A stretch of DNA of 61,000 nt, the filler included, from Hausera hauseri (lineage: Eukaryota): assembly GCA_046269625.1 (NCBI GenBank). It is 8 parts of 8 records of this genome, joined end to end, with 100 filler letters (N's around TTAATTAATTAA, not from the genome) between each part and the next. Parts side by side here need not be neighbours in the genome. Positions count along the whole stretch, not along the records: positions 1 to 19,042 come from JBJURY010122205.1; 7 more parts are not named here. One strand, written 5' to 3'. Numbering within the stretch: the stretch's first letter is position 1; each line of letters opens with the position of its first letter. The notes beneath the pieces are model-generated. The model was not told the DNA's origin and did no database searches. It saw only the letters and a list, made by a program, of their open reading frames with translations. Shown one piece after another: positions 1 to 13,764 of this stretch. The position numbers were made by a program, and so were the translations under genes.

Positions 1-1005
1 ATGGTGGGGCTTTATACGGACCACCCTGGTATATCCTCCGTTCGAGAAGTACTTCAAGTCGACGGCCTGAGCCTGACATATTGCGCACATAGTCTTACCA
101 TTTTCTAGAGTCCACTTCTCTAGATATTCTCGGCAGTATTTGTGTTTGCAATCTTTGTTGTCCAAAACGACTAATTCTTGTTGGAGGTTAGCTTCGCAGA
201 CCGGGCATTCGTTTTTTTCTTTTTCCCACTTTTTGTCATCAAGATCTACTCTGATTGTAAGTTCAATCTGTTCAAAAACTAATCCTTCTTCGTCCTGATA
301 TATGTATTCATGAATTTGTTTCTGTTTAGGGTCCACAGAACTTCGTCTTGGGTCACAACTTACTGCTACTAGTGTCCAGTCGGCCATCATCTCATGGTCT
401 AAGTCGGGAACTCGGTTAGCTGTCCGGTATTTTTGGTATTGTTTCTTTAGTAGGAGTTTTAATTGTTTGTCTACTGGCACTGTCAATTTTCCATTTCTCT
501 TTGATTGAAAAATTGGTGCAACATATGTTTCTAGCATAGAATTTTTCCATATATAGGTGTTTTCATATACTTCTCTTTTTGGGGTAACCGTGATGTAAAA
601 GGCTGCTTCCTTGATCTTTCCATGGCTATAATGTTCAATCATTACTTGCATTTTAGGCGAATCTTCTACAGTGGCAAAGTGTTGGTTTCCAGATACGTCT
701 CTATTTCTAAGGACATTTATTTCCGTATACCGTTTAGTTCTCACCGATTCCTTTTGCTTTTGATCTGTAGTTTCTTCCGGTCTCTGTTCGATTGGTAGGG
801 AATTTCCGGTCGTCGTTTTCATACTGTCGATTTTACGCGTTCTTTTAAATATACGGTCATATAATGAGAATTTCTTTTTGGTATTTTGTAGTGGCATATC
901 GATTTTTTGTTTCTTCTCTGAAACGAGGGGAATTTTGAAAACCGATTTGTCGTCCTTATCCTCGTCTAGTAGTGGAATGGAGACTTCTTGACTAGTATTG
1001 GGCAT
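1..1005 (-). CDS. ORF (>=335 aa, runs off the window edge) with a C3HC4-type RING finger; probably the first ORF of an LTR retroelement
   Basis: Manual translation from ATG at 1005 (MPNTSQEV...) has no stop down to position 1. At ~207-75 it reads CPVCEANLQQELVVLDNKDCKHKYCREYLEKWTLENGKTMCAIC, which is RING spacing with one Cys ligand replaced by Tyr. It is intronless and absent from the ORF track because it is open at the edge. Confidence 0.7.
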   Translation of the reverse strand, partial: MPNTSQEVSIPLLDEDKDDKSVFKIPLVSEKKQKIDMPLQNTKKKFSLYDRIFKRTRKIDSMKTTTGNSLPIEQRPEETTDQKQKESVRTKRYTEINVLRNRDVSGNQHFATVEDSPKMQVMIEHYSHGKIKEAAFYITVTPKREVYENTYIWKNSMLETYVAPIFQSKRNGKLTVPVDKQLKLLLKKQYQKYRTANRVPDLDHEMMADWTLVAVSCDPRRSSVDPKQKQIHEYIYQDEEGLVFEQIELTIRVDLDDKKWEKEKNECPVCEANLQQELVVLDNKDCKHKYCREYLEKWTLENGKTMCAICQAQAVDLKYFSNGGYTRVVRIKPHH

Positions 1006-1479
1006 TTGGTTATCGTTATTTTTAAATGTATTATGAATTTCATATAGTTAAAATACCTTGATGATTATATACAAAATAGTTGCAAATTAATAACATATCC
1101 TGCTGCAAATTTCAGTTTCAGGAAATAAAAAATATCTGACAGAAATCCATATTACGTCAAATTAACAACATACTTGTTACAGAAACACACAAATTCATGA
1201 CAATCCTAGCTTATTGGCATGCAAATAGCAACATTCCAATGCAGCAAACATACTTGAATTTTTCTAAAATTCGCAATACTGATAAGTTTGAGATAAAAGA
1301 AATTCGATAAAATTAGGTTTTAAGAAGTTTGGGTTCTTGAACCTCAAACTTATACTTACTTAGTTCAGTATAAATAGTTCGAGGTACGATTCTCCTCGAA
1401 CCGGATTAGTTTATTTACTCTTGGAAGCCGCCTGTGGGGTCGGCTTAGAAATCAATTTAATATGTTCGAGAATTCGATC

Positions 1480-2082
1480 ACCAGGAGGGACACTGGTGTC
1501 TTCCCCAGATTTTAGATGAGTTTGGCTTTGTACGGATTTTTATGTCCGTAAGAACAATAGGGCCCTTTTATTTAAAACACTAATAATGACCTTACTACAA
1601 TAACTTTACTTTTGTTTTATTTTAGTTATTAAAAATAGTTTACGAGAATCAAAGGAAACAATAATACTTTATAAAGATATAATTTTAATCAAACTTGAAA
1701 AATAATCTTTAAAATATACACAAAAATAAGAAAAGAAACTTACACGAGTAGTAACTAACATGCATAATGTGAATGTCTATCGTAAAAGTTTTTCTAAGTT
1801 TATTTTCCAAAGCAATGGGTTTATATACCCCTTTGATCAGACGATAAAATTCCAAACGGATATCTTATTTCATGAAAAATTCATGACAATTAAATGAAAT
1901 AAAAGATGAAAATACAGTTGCAAATAAAATGAAGATGAAAATACAGTTGCAAATAAAATGAATTTACTACAATTGCAATGTGTTAAATTTTATCAAGTAA
2001 ATAAGATCAATTAAAATTCAGTTAAAGTGACATTACAAATGTTCACAAATGTTCAATTTCAGTGTCAATTTCAGTGTCAACA
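1480..2082 (-). mobile_element. Putative 5' LTR/leader of the element carrying the RING ORF
   Basis: The minus strand starts TGTTGACA at 2082, exactly where homology to the 18301 repeat copy breaks. There is a TATA-like GGGGTATATAAA at ~1820-1831 (minus) and short internal tandem duplications (1895-1960, 2053-2082). The inner boundary and PBS are not confidently located. Confidence 0.4.
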
Positions 2083-2545
2083 AATTTATCTTGAAGAAGA
2101 GGTTCAAAATCATAGAATAGCTTGGATATGGAAAATTTTCCTTACGAATTAAGGATATTTTGATATGTCCCACCATCATAGTGACAATAATTTCACTCTA
2201 CATTATTGTCCCTTTTACATTTCCGGTAGCATGATAAATCAGAAGAGTGGTCATTCATTAACAGTGATGCAGATAATTTTTATAAAAATTTTTAATTATA
2301 CTAAATTTTTGAAAATATTTTATGAAGCTTTTCTGACATTTTTCGTATGTCTCAAAATAATTTCTTCTACGCTTCTTTTAATAACAAATACGAGAAAAAG
2401 TTGTTTACTTCTTAATGTACATTTTGTCAGTCTCTCATCCACTGTGAAATTCGAATTAATTTCATTTGATTATTTTCAATACTGATAAAAGGGTGACAAC
2501 AAAAATTCGATTTAAATTCAAACTGTTCGATCCACCATCGAATTG
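2083..2545. repeat. Dispersed direct repeat, copy 1 (copy 2 at 18301-18762)
   Basis: Near-identical sequence from aatttatc..gaagaagaggttcaaaat to gttcgatccaccatcgaat. It produces the paralogous spurious ORFs 2165..2485 and 18383..18685. Confidence 0.9.
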
Positions 2546-3250
2546 TAAGTTAAATTAATTAAAATAAATTTCGTATGTTGAACGTACAATGATAAATAAT
2601 AATATAGTGGACAATAGTAGACATGAGGTATTTGATTGAAGATCGTGCCTTTCAATGAACCAGCTACAAGGGGTTACCATCAGTTCTTACAACGACACTT
2701 TATTTCAATTAAGTAAATAATTAAAATTACTAACCGAAATAATATTGTATAAATAAAATAATATCAATAAGAAGTTCAAATAAATCTTATAACAAATAAT
2801 AGTCCAAAATTCCTTGAGTGTCATTGCACTACGTCTCGAGTAGCCGTTAATGAAAATTTCTTTGCCAAACAAATTTAACCAATTGAGATAAAAAATATTC
2901 CAAATAAAATTGATAAAAGTTACTACATCTAAGAAGTTCGTTACAATAATATTTACAAAATAATTTGATACAAAAATGTGTAAATTTTTACGAAGCCTTA
3001 CATTTATTGTAATTTTAAACACGATGAAATTTTTAGTCAAAAATCAATTGTACTACAAATTTTATATTTATTCACCATTTATCATTTATTTCAAATGGAA
3101 AATATTGTCGAATACTTTTGTTGGTATATGTTACGTAATAGAATCCATTAATCAAACAATACAATAAAATACAATACAAAGCCGATAACATCAACATCGA
3201 ATACATATATAAACTCGAATGTTTTATTAATTTAATAAGAGACTTTATCA

Positions 3251-6200
3251 ATGAGAGATTTTCTGCTTCTTGTTTTAGTCGGACTGCTGCTTTCATTGCA
3301 TCAATCTGAATCTAGAAAATGTGGTCATCGTTTGGCAAAGATAAATGAGGTAAAAATCGACATTTTCCTTACTTCGTAATATCAACTATAACTTCATTAA
3401 TTTGGAATATCATTCAGATAATGACTGGAATTTCTGTAGACCAGCATCCACGTCACACCAGAGTTAGACGATCAGCCAATGATAACATTCGTTTACATTT
3501 CCATTATATGCCGGATTTTGAACAAAATCCAGAAGCAGAAGATATAAAAGTAATTCATCAATTGATAAATGATAGAATAAGGATTCTGTAGAAACAAATT
3601 ATGGAACCAGCACGAAAGGAATTAGAAGCAGTTCTGAAAGTCAAATATCCAGTGAATGGAATTCTTCGAGTTGACAGGTTCGTTTAGAAAATTTGTAGAA
3701 TTTTCAGACAGTACAAAAAATATTATTATTCATGAAATGTATGCCGAATACAAAAATTAATGTTAGAAGAGTTTTGGATTTACAAGGCCTCAAAACTAAA
3801 TCTATTTTAATCAAGCTTACAAATGATCATTATCAGTCGACCAGTGAGAAGAATTAGTTAAATTATGATTAGATACAGTTTCTTACATGAAAAAAATTTA
3901 AAAGAATAGAATACAAAATATACAGCCAAAATCTACCAATTTTCATATTGATTTTCAAATTGGTTTTAATTTTTTGTTTTATATTTTAGACCAGTCCTTT
4001 GAATAAACACAGAACGTCTATAAATAAGCACCCGCAAGAAAATATAAAATTTAAATTTATACGATCAATTCGTTAAATAGATGACATTGAAGTGACATTG
4101 TAAAACTTATTGCAACTGCATTTAATGACATACAAAATGAAAATTGAACATTATTTTATCATATATTTGTTCTTAATCTATGTTATTGATTTTATTTTTA
4201 TTCAGACAATGCAAAAGTAATGCATACATTAAAAGAAACAAAAAATTGATTTGTGCATATGGCTGTGAGCAGATATCAACATGTGATGATATTCCTATCC
4301 CTGAAAAATATCTCAAGGTAATACAATTAAATTATTAGAATTTATTGAAATTTTATAATTATAATTAATATTGCAATTATTAGCAATAAAAAGCAGTTGC
4401 AATTATTACATTTTATTAACATTTATCAGTAGTTTGTAAATGATAATTACTCATAATAAATAAATATTACTTATTAGTAAATAATATTTATTATAACTTT
4501 TTATAATTGGAAATGTCATAATTACTATTTAATGTTACTTTTGAAAAGGTATTTTAAAACGTCTCCAAACACCGTGATGAGCTGTAGCCATTAAAATCCT
4601 TTTAAACAAAAATGAAATATTGTACATCCATGTAGATTGATAAAATATTTTCATATTACGTTTAACCATAAAATAAAATTCAAATGTATAATTTAAAAAG
4701 CTCATGTGCAGAGGACTGAAAATCGATATTGGAAATTCTATAAAATGTGATTGTAATGTACTGGCATTGGGAGTAAATCCACATACGATAAATTTCTTTA
4801 ACACAAAATGATAGATACTGCAAACTACGGGAAAGGTTATTATTTGAATTTCAAAATTAAAAATCAATCTACTATTTACAAATCTTTTTTAACCATAGTA
4901 TTAAGTAAAATTCCATTGACACTAAAATTTAAAAAGTGTAGTAACTACGAACGAATTTGTACGAAACATTTGATCACATAAATAACATTGATCACTGATG
5001 CGGTATCATTACTGAGTAAATTGACCAACGATGAGAATGTCAAATTTCTTTGGAAATTCATAAAGACATCTTTTATTTTGGAAACGCTTTTACGGGACTC
5101 AACGGAAGTACGTAACATTTGCGGTACGTGGTCGTTTATTCTAAAACCGTATTGGCATCCACATGTTCCATGTCGGTGACGAAAACAAGTTTAAAATCGA
5201 TAGGTTAAACGAAATGGTTAAGTCTCGAGAATTCGGATTTTGTTAAATTTTTCAAAAACTGCTTTGGGCTTAGTTTGACTTTCTTCTTGTATTGATAGAG
5301 TTTAAATACTCCACTTTTGACACGTATTGTGTATGGTTAAGATTTTTTTTTAATTTGTCTTGTTTATCGGTGATGATGTATTCTGGGGATATAAGTTCGT
5401 CCGAGTGTAGTCGAATAACTACCATGTTGGTATTCGACGACGTAGCCAAATTGTCGAAAATAGGACCTGAAAACAATCGTTTGATTGAGCTGAATTATTT
5501 TCGTATCGTCCATTTTGAGCATAAAATTGTAAGTTTTATATACGCGTTTTACACAAATCGTTGAATATTTTTCGAACTGGTATTTCTTACTGCAAATATA
5601 ACTTCAAAAACATTTTTAAATTGTGATAGCAGCTCATTTTTAATTCGTAAAAGCGTTCGTACTGCAAAGGGCGGCGAACGTCTTTCTGAATTGTGGCATA
5701 AACGCTCAAAAATGTTACGAAAGTCTCGCAGAGCTATAAACCGACGAACATATTTTGGTATGATGATAGCGTACTGTCGGGTTTCATGATACTTAAATTT
5801 ACTGCATATGGTCTCGCCAAAAATCTTTTGAATAACAATAGTTCACTGTTTTAGTATATTGTATTGTCTTCTTCGATATTCGTCTCGATAGAATGTTTGG
5901 ATATAAATTGCGGAACTCTGGACAGCCGTACTGTGGTGGCACCCGAGTCCACGGCACTACACTACCCTCCCGTAGCAGAAGTGAAACAATAGAAATGTAA
6001 CAAAATTAATTTAATGTGACAAAAGTAAGAAGAAAAGGCAGCGGGGTATAGGCGAACTATAGAGACTTGTTTTGAAACACCAAATATTTGAAGCGGTTGA
6101 ACACACAAGAACGGAATGTTTTTGGCAATGACATACAATGTGTCTTGAAGTTCTCGGTTGGTCTTAGGCGTCAATTTCTGATTGCGGAATTCGGTGCAGT

Positions 6201-9200
6201 TGGATCATGGTGGCGCTCGAGTCCGCGGCACCAAAGTGATATTCCCACAATTCGGATTTATTTCATCTGTACAACTGCAATAATTCCTAAATCACATTTA
6301 AATTTTATAATAATTCATAAATCGTTGATTGAAAGGGCTGTATGAGGAACTAAACAATACACAGTTGCTAATGTGATGTTACTCACACAGTCGTACATTC
6401 TGACATGTTAATTATCAATTAAAATTCAGTTCCTAATTTTTAGATAGTTTTAATTAGTTGTCCATAAATTATTAAAATGTTTTTATGTTCCAATGTTACT
6501 AATAATTATTTATTCCAAAAATGATGTAAAATACGCATCTGATTGGGCATTCTAAGAATGTTCATAATATTTAGAAATGCGTAACATACGATCAACTTAC
6601 CGGTGAAAACATTTCTGGTACAGAAGGTGAAGGAGCTCCAAATGTCGATATGGTTCTCTTAATTACAAATAAACTTTGTCCACCCAACGTTCTGGCCAAT
6701 GCAGTGTCATGTAAAATGGATGTTATGGATAGGTAGATCATTTGTACTAAATGTGACGTAACATAATTTCTTAGACCAATATTTGGCATAGTCAATTTGT
6801 GCCGTGGTGAAGTGCACAGTAACAGAGACATTTCAGACAGTATTAAAGTTGTTAAACACGAGATGATTCATGCTTTGGTAATTTTCTTATTGCGTCTATT
6901 TTTGGAATGCTTTTCTGTAGGGATTCTCACCAAACAACTTTGCATTTTATCGTTATCCTAATGGAGAACCAATTGTTCCACGTGATGATTTTGGATTGCC
7001 AGAAAGGTCAATTAGTGGAAGGTTTGTTTATTAAAGTATTGGTTGTCAAGGCTTTTATGAAAATAATTTATACAAGTACAAACATTTTATGGTGATTGAT
7101 AATATGAAAAAATATTTTTCAAATGAAAGTGTTTATAATATTTACCTTGTTTTTTCAATCAATATTCGAATTCAGTTCGATTTCTAGTGTGTCGTTGAAA
7201 TTTTACTAAACACTCACGTATTCATTTAATTATCAATTGCGTCACTAATATTTCTTGGCTTATGAATAAATTTTAACTAGACACATGAAAATTAGACAAA
7301 TATTTATTAGTTCGACAGAATCTTTGGTCGATAATTTTGTCAAATGTTAAAAAGAAAGAAGTAACGCAAAATGACGAAATGATGTAACATTTAAAACCTT
7401 AAAAAATTGCACAGTTTTAACTTAGCTGCGTAAAATGTTTTCTCATCATAAAATTTTGTACTTGAATAATTAACATAAAAGTCCCTTACGTTGTAAGTTT
7501 AATGATTAATTAATGAATCATTTCATATTTAGTCACTACCAATGGAACGATAAGATCATGAAACAATTCACAAGACATCGATCATCTGTAACAATGAATT
7601 ATACAAAAACTTTTACTGGATTTGTCCTACCAAATGTTTTGGTAATTCAATGATTATTATGATGACTCATTTGTGACGTGTTTGCAGAAAGCGGCAAGAG
7701 AACATTTTAACTGCCCTTCTCTGGATGGAGTTGATCTTGAAGAATTTGGTGATGAAGGTTCAGCAATGGCCCATTTTGATGAATATGTTTTCAATGTAAG
7801 TTTAATGTTTACAACCGTATACGTCATTATTGTGTAATTGTGTCTTTAATTAGTTCGTAAAATGATGTCTGTTTCTGTCAAAGTGCTGCATACAGAACGA
7901 GACACAGAATCTGTAAACGTAATGCCGCCTTATAGCATTTTCCGTGATACAAGTTGATAAATATGTATAAATACGTATCTTTGTATAGAATCCAAAATAA
8001 CTCATAACTTAAAGAACCTGTCAAAAAATTTTGAATTCGAATATATTTAATATGATACGACACACTATCAGGGTAAACCATTTACGCCATGATGCAAATC
8101 TGTAAGGATTATAAAATATTTTCCATTGAGTTGTTTAGGTGGTCTCGAAAATTGTATTACAATAGTTCCAATTAACCCCCATTCTCATGTTCGTTGCTAA
8201 ACAGATTCACGTAAAATGTTCTGCTCTGATGAGATTTCTTGGTAAAAGAGAGATTTGACTGGTGGTTAGGGTTTACCATGACAGTAAGTTATACAAATAT
8301 AAAATTTTATTCTGATGATTCATATGAAAATGTTACGTAATCACTGCATTCAAAGGATATTTCATTTTGCACTTCTTCGATTCCCCCTTGACATGCAGAG
8401 GAATCATAAACATTCATAAATTTTTCGTTATTTTTCATAAGCCAATAATATTCGATCTGTAGTGTTGTTTTGATGTTCTGATGAATTAAATTTATTAGTC
8501 TAATTTCATGTTTTATCATGAATGCATTTTGGTTACTCATACAACAGTTTATAGACCGGATTTTGAATAGATATTTCTCATTTCGGTAGAACATCTTCGA
8601 ATAATTTTTGAAAATTTGTTTTGCTTATTAAATTTTAATTTTTTTTTCTATTCAGAATGAAATGATGACTCCTGTGTCCAATCATGGATTGGATACCCTT
8701 TCCAACTTGACACTGGCACTTTTGAAGGATTCTGGGTAAGAATATTATTTATTAAGAAATTTTAATAATTTTCTTGACAATCTGTGATAGTAAATGTTAG
8801 GAAAATAATTCAAAAATTTTTGTAAGAATAAACTCAAGCAGTGTAACTATGGCAATTATATTCGAATAAAACCCGAATAGTAAAATATAATCAAATAAAA
8901 GCACATCAGGTAAATAATTATGGTTGTTGAACAGTTTAAGGAGAAAAAGAATTTCCTTCCTACACCTATGAATAAAAGCACCAACAAAATGATGTGCAGT
9001 AAACTGTGTACAAGAGTAACTAAAATAGGACGTAACTCTGTATACAAATTATGTCACATTGGACTTTGTGCTGCACCGTGTTCTATTTTGTTCTTTAATG
9101 CTGCTAATGATTATTGATTATCTCCATATTTCAGATGGTACGATGTTGATTATTCGAAAGTGGAAGAACTGAAGTATGGTAAAGGAAAGGGATGTGAATT

Positions 9201-12200
9201 ACCGTTATCCGGTTGTTATGCATATATGCAAAGTCGTAAATCAAGGTTGGAATTGAAAATTTAGAACAAAATTTAATTAAATATAGTGGAGATATTTCAC
9301 CATTCTGTAATAAACCGGCAATCGGAATAAAGCGCCTGACTTGTTCAGAGGACAACACATATTTCCAAAGGTGTGACCTTGTTGTTCCATTGAACGGTGT
9401 TCCTGAGAAATACCGATATTTTTCGACTTTACCTGGAACTGGAATAGATGGAAAATCAATTAGCGGATTAAACGACTATAACGAACGATGTCCCGTGACG
9501 AGTGTAATAATTTTATTTTATTTAACTTTTGATTTGTGTAAATTAAATGTTAAAATGGACAATTCATGTTTGTTGAAATAATTCAATAATTATGTTCCAA
9601 AATTAAAATGTTATATCATTGTCAGTACCATAAATGACAAATGTGACTGAGATTGTGTTACTGTATGAGCAAACTTTATTGACTAATGACAATGATCGCG
9701 TGTTAATGTTCGGTAATGCACAAATTTTCATTGACGTAAAATTACCATTACAGAAATTAATTGTCATAATGAACCAGAAATGAAAATTAATGAATATTGA
9801 AACAAATTATAAATCTTTCGTTTAGTTGTATTGATCATTATAAATGTTATTGATCTCTTCCTTCCTTTACCTTCAACTGCTAACTCAGAACAATAATTGG
9901 GATGTTTTTGAATAAAAATACTTTTTATGTTTCATACTGTTAAGGAAATAATTTCTTGACATCAATACGAATCAATACCTTTTTACGACATTCTTCATTA
10001 AATAATCGATTGCCTTCATTAATTTTCCTTTTTCACTTCGGTAGATGGAAAAGTAATAAGAAAATATTGGCATTTGCAGACTTTAAGCAGAAATGAAGTG
10101 AATGAGACACATGAATTGCTGGTGAAGAACTACAAATATCCTAAAAGTTTTATTAAGACAAGTTTAATGTAAAGGAACATACACGCGTTTAAAAAACGTA
10201 AAAACTTCCTGTTAAAAATCTCTTGTAAGAGCTAAAAATTTTCTTTTGTCAAAAGTGAAGAAAATGCTCCTAAATGTACTTCGTATTAGCAATAGTCAGT
10301 TTAAAGCATACACAAGGCAATCACCTGTTCTTAGTTTACAAATAATCACCTCCATTTTGAATAATTTTCTGCAGGTCAGTTTTTCAACTTTCAAATTGTC
10401 AGTTTCATTCATCTTTAGTGATGCTGCGAAGAAACTTCGAAAGGTATGTCTTTAATTTTTTATCATCAACAAAGTTCGTACGATGTCGACGTTTCTCAAG
10501 TTCTTTAAAGTCAAGGCGATCCAAGATGTTGTAACCTGGACTCCATGATGATTGTTTAATGAGTGTGACACCTTTGTCTTTAAGATAACGAGTGGCATTA
10601 CCCTTCGCATGAGCCCTTCCGTTATCATGTATCAATAACATCTGATTCCAATGAAGAGGGAGATAAACAGTAGACGGAGAAGCTGCATTATATCCCCATG
10701 CTTTTCTAATAAAGGACAACGTTTTCAGTGCTGTAAATTCATTCCTCCAACACGTGTCTACTCACATTCTAACATCTCTTATTAATTTTCATTTTTGACA
10801 ACTACAATAACAAGAAAATTTTAACAGCTTACAATTTCGTTAATAATGTAGTTATGGTTCTGAAACTTAGTTATTTACCCATTGTCTCATTTAGGTTTTT
10901 CAAAATCCAACTTCATTTTGCAACGATAAAAGAATGACTGGTGTACAACGTACGATTCATTTTGATAACTCACATCAATAATTTAATTGTAGAAGGCCAC
11001 AGCAGCGTACCGTCATACTATGGTAGTGATTCGATGTGTATTGAGTACGACATTGATGATTTTAATGCAAATGCAAACGATGGAGCATCTTGTGTGAAGG
11101 TAAATTTCATTTATAGCATTTTTCTAAAAATGTGGGATTCTGCCAGCTTTTTTTAATTTCTCACGTTCGTTGCTATGATAAAATGAATGAAATTTACCCT
11201 GAATATGCCGACATGTAACTTGAACGTGTGTACGAGGTTGTGTTGCACGGTGAGTGTTTAGTGTAATCTTACTTGATAAAATAAAAAGGAAGGAAATGTA
11301 CTCGCGTAGACCTTGGACTATAAATGGTTGGCTAAAATATTACTTTAGTGTAGAAGCACATATTATAAAGTTGCGAGGCATGAATGGCGAGTTGCGTATT
11401 ACAAAATTTGGACACGAATTAATAGATGTTGGATAAATGAGTATTGGATTCAATGAAAAAAAAATCCACAAAGATCTACATTCCATCGGCAAATTGATCA
11501 GTTCAATGATAGAAGAAAGATCGAACGTCTAATGAAAGACCTCAAGAGATTGACATTTTGAACAGAGATATCGTATATGATAAACTTATTAATGAAGATC
11601 CATCAGTCAAATATTCCTCCGCATACATTTTTCTTATGGAATGGGTCAAAGAAATATTGACGGATTTCACAATAGAAAAATATTCTCACGATATTTCCCA
11701 CAAAAACAATGTAAAACTGGTTCAAAATATGAATCTTTTAAGCCTTTATGGTGAAATTTCGTCGAATTCTAATTACAAATGACGATACATTCTTGTCTAT
11801 TAACATTGATCTCACTGAAATTTATACTAATTCATTTTTATTTTGGTTGCCATTCTGTTGAAATTTTACAAAAATGTACAAAAATCTCAAATGATTTATT
11901 TTTGTTCTTGAAAGTAATATTGGAAATCAATTCAATTACAATTTGAAATTAACTTTTGTAGTTAAATATTTTTATTAAAACTTTTGATGTATTTCTTCAT
12001 GAAATAGTCTCATAATAACTCAATATTTTTCTATTTTGCTTTAACGGACAATTTCATTCAGTTCAAACAAAACAATGAATCATCAATTACAATCACAGTC
12101 GGCACACAATCATTCACTTGTCCATCGTCAACACCAAATACTTATACTATGCAAAATGGGAAGACAGTAAAATTCAAGTGTCCAGCGAAATATTCAAATT

Positions 12201-12259
12201 CGAAGTAAGTTATTCAAATATTCAAATGCAATATTAACAATTGTTATTTCAGGAAATAA
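3251..12259 (+). CDS. LMLN-like: Leishmanolysin-like/invadolysin (peptidase M8) secreted zinc metalloprotease, 16 exons, ~567 aa
   Basis: Exons 3251-3349, 3418-3549, 3592-3677, 4206-4317, 6575-6732, 6775-6877, 6921-7006, 7533-7641, 7688-7795, 8656-8735, 9135-9245, 9287-9503, 10895-10940, 10993-11099, 12062-12204, 12253-12259. All introns are GT..AG with consistent phases (1704 nt total). Signal peptide MRDFLLLVLVGLLLSL; RVRR site; RPIFGIVNLC; zinc motif VKHEMIHALGFS (6857); AREHFNC..LDGVDLE..G..GSAMAH (third His); Met-turn NEMMT; TLALLKDSGWY. Confidence 0.93.
8920..9117 (+). mobile_element. Remnant of a piggyBac-type C-terminal Cys-rich domain in an LMLN intron
   Basis: Translation ...MCSKLCTRVTKIGRNSVYKLCHIGLCAAPC... 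resembles the C..C...C.V.LC..PCF end of piggyBac transposases. Confidence 0.45.
10405..10719 (-). mobile_element. Tc1/mariner (DD34D spacing) transposase fragment in an LMLN intron
   Basis: LIHDNGRAH...QSSWSPGYNILD, with 34 residues between the second and third catalytic Asp. Confidence 0.75.
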
Positions 12260-13199
12260 CGAAACAGAAACGAACATAAGTCTTTCATTGATATTGAAAT
12301 ATTTTTGAAGACTATTCAAGTTGTTTGTTGGTTAACTATTTTCGTTTGTTGTTTGAAATAAATGTTTTCTTAACATGTTTTGTCTACTTATTATTTAAGT
12401 TGATAAATATATTTGTATATTTTTACTTTACATGCAGATAAAGGAAAATATTCAGCGCAACTTTTAGGATTAGAAAATGAAGATTTTATTTCTTTTGTTA
12501 CTCAATTAGACGACATAGTTTAGCGAATTTAATTGATATTGTTATAATCAGAAAGTGATAATAAAAGTGACTAAAAGTGATTTTGATCAACATAGGACAT
12601 TGATTATGAATACTGTGTGGAAATCGCACTGTCGGGTATAAAAATACTTCATGCTTTCGTGTCTTAAATTACATATTATTTTGTTAAAGTAGCTGATACT
12701 TTAAATTAAATATGAAATGAAGATTGAGTGGTTTGTATTTATAGAGAAAAATCGAGTTTATTTGTAATTCACTTGCTTTAATACATTGGGAATTTATTTT
12801 GCATCATGCATTAGTTTTATTTACAATCCATTTATCATGCTGATTTCCCATATAAAAGGCCAGTATAAATACTGATGCAGTTTATGGTAGCAGCACAATT
12901 TGTCTCTGGACACTATTTAACTCATCAACTTGACATGATTTTTTATTTTTTGTACTTTGGCGATGACTACTCGTTAGTTTTGTGTCATATTAAATGTTAG
13001 TATTTTTGTTTGAATAATTATTAAATAATTTACCAACTAATTAAATAAGTTTGAAGTAATTAGAATCGGGGTTCGTCCTGGATAATACTAAATAATAGAC
13101 AATATTTAAATAATACGATATTAAAATAATATATGTGCACATACTAACTTGACTAACACCAAAAAGAGATATGTATATATAAATTCGAACACCATTTAA

Positions 13200-13735
13200 A
13201 AAAATATGGATCTGCTATATATTTTATAGAATTGCTCTCCATCTTCAGGCTCTAAATCACAAATATAAACTGCTTATGTGCAAAAGCAGCAAACCTCAAA
13301 AGTATACTGAATGACGACAAATTAAATTATTGCAAAAATTAGAATTTTTGAAACAAATTATATTTTCATATAAAATTTTATCAATTTTATTAATTAATTT
13401 ACTAGAATTACATTACTATATTTATTTAAATGACTTGAGCAATTGGACAGATTTGCTCTAAATATTTAAATCAGGTTTCCATGATTTTATCAGAATCGCC
13501 TCAGCCATTGCTCTTTCATTATAATTACCAAAACCCTTACTTATAATTTTAAATTCGGATATATTAATTTTGTTGTTACGATTTCTACAATTTGAACCAT
13601 GATCAGAGTGTTTTACTACCAACATCCCTACAATGATCAGCTACTCTTGTGCGAAGATAAAGTGAAGTATCTCAAATGTATGAGCTATTACGCCCATGGC
13701 AATCAAATTTATATACAAGGTTAGACTTAACATCG
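13200..13735 (-). mobile_element. Penelope-like element 3' end: degraded GIY-YIG endonuclease and 3' region
   Basis: Minus-strand translation KSNLVYKFDCHGRNSSYI*DTSLYLRTRVADH... and ...EFKIISKGFGNYNERAMAEAILIKSWKPDLN. These match the VY...YIG.T..L..R..EH and EA..I....P.LN motifs of PLE endonucleases. Confidence 0.75.
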
Positions 13736-13764
13736 AGTGGCGGGGCAGATTTATTACTAAATAG

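Noticed and set aside
2165-2485. Duplicated ~100-aa hydrophobic ORF (also 18383..18685) as a gene pair
   Set aside because: It has the F/I/L/K bias of AT-rich noncoding DNA, and a 2-nt indel changes the C-terminus between copies. Treated as a repeat.
11254-11782. Intronic ORF fragments as a nested gene
   Set aside because: Short and broken, with no recognisable motif. Probably a decayed repeat within an LMLN intron.
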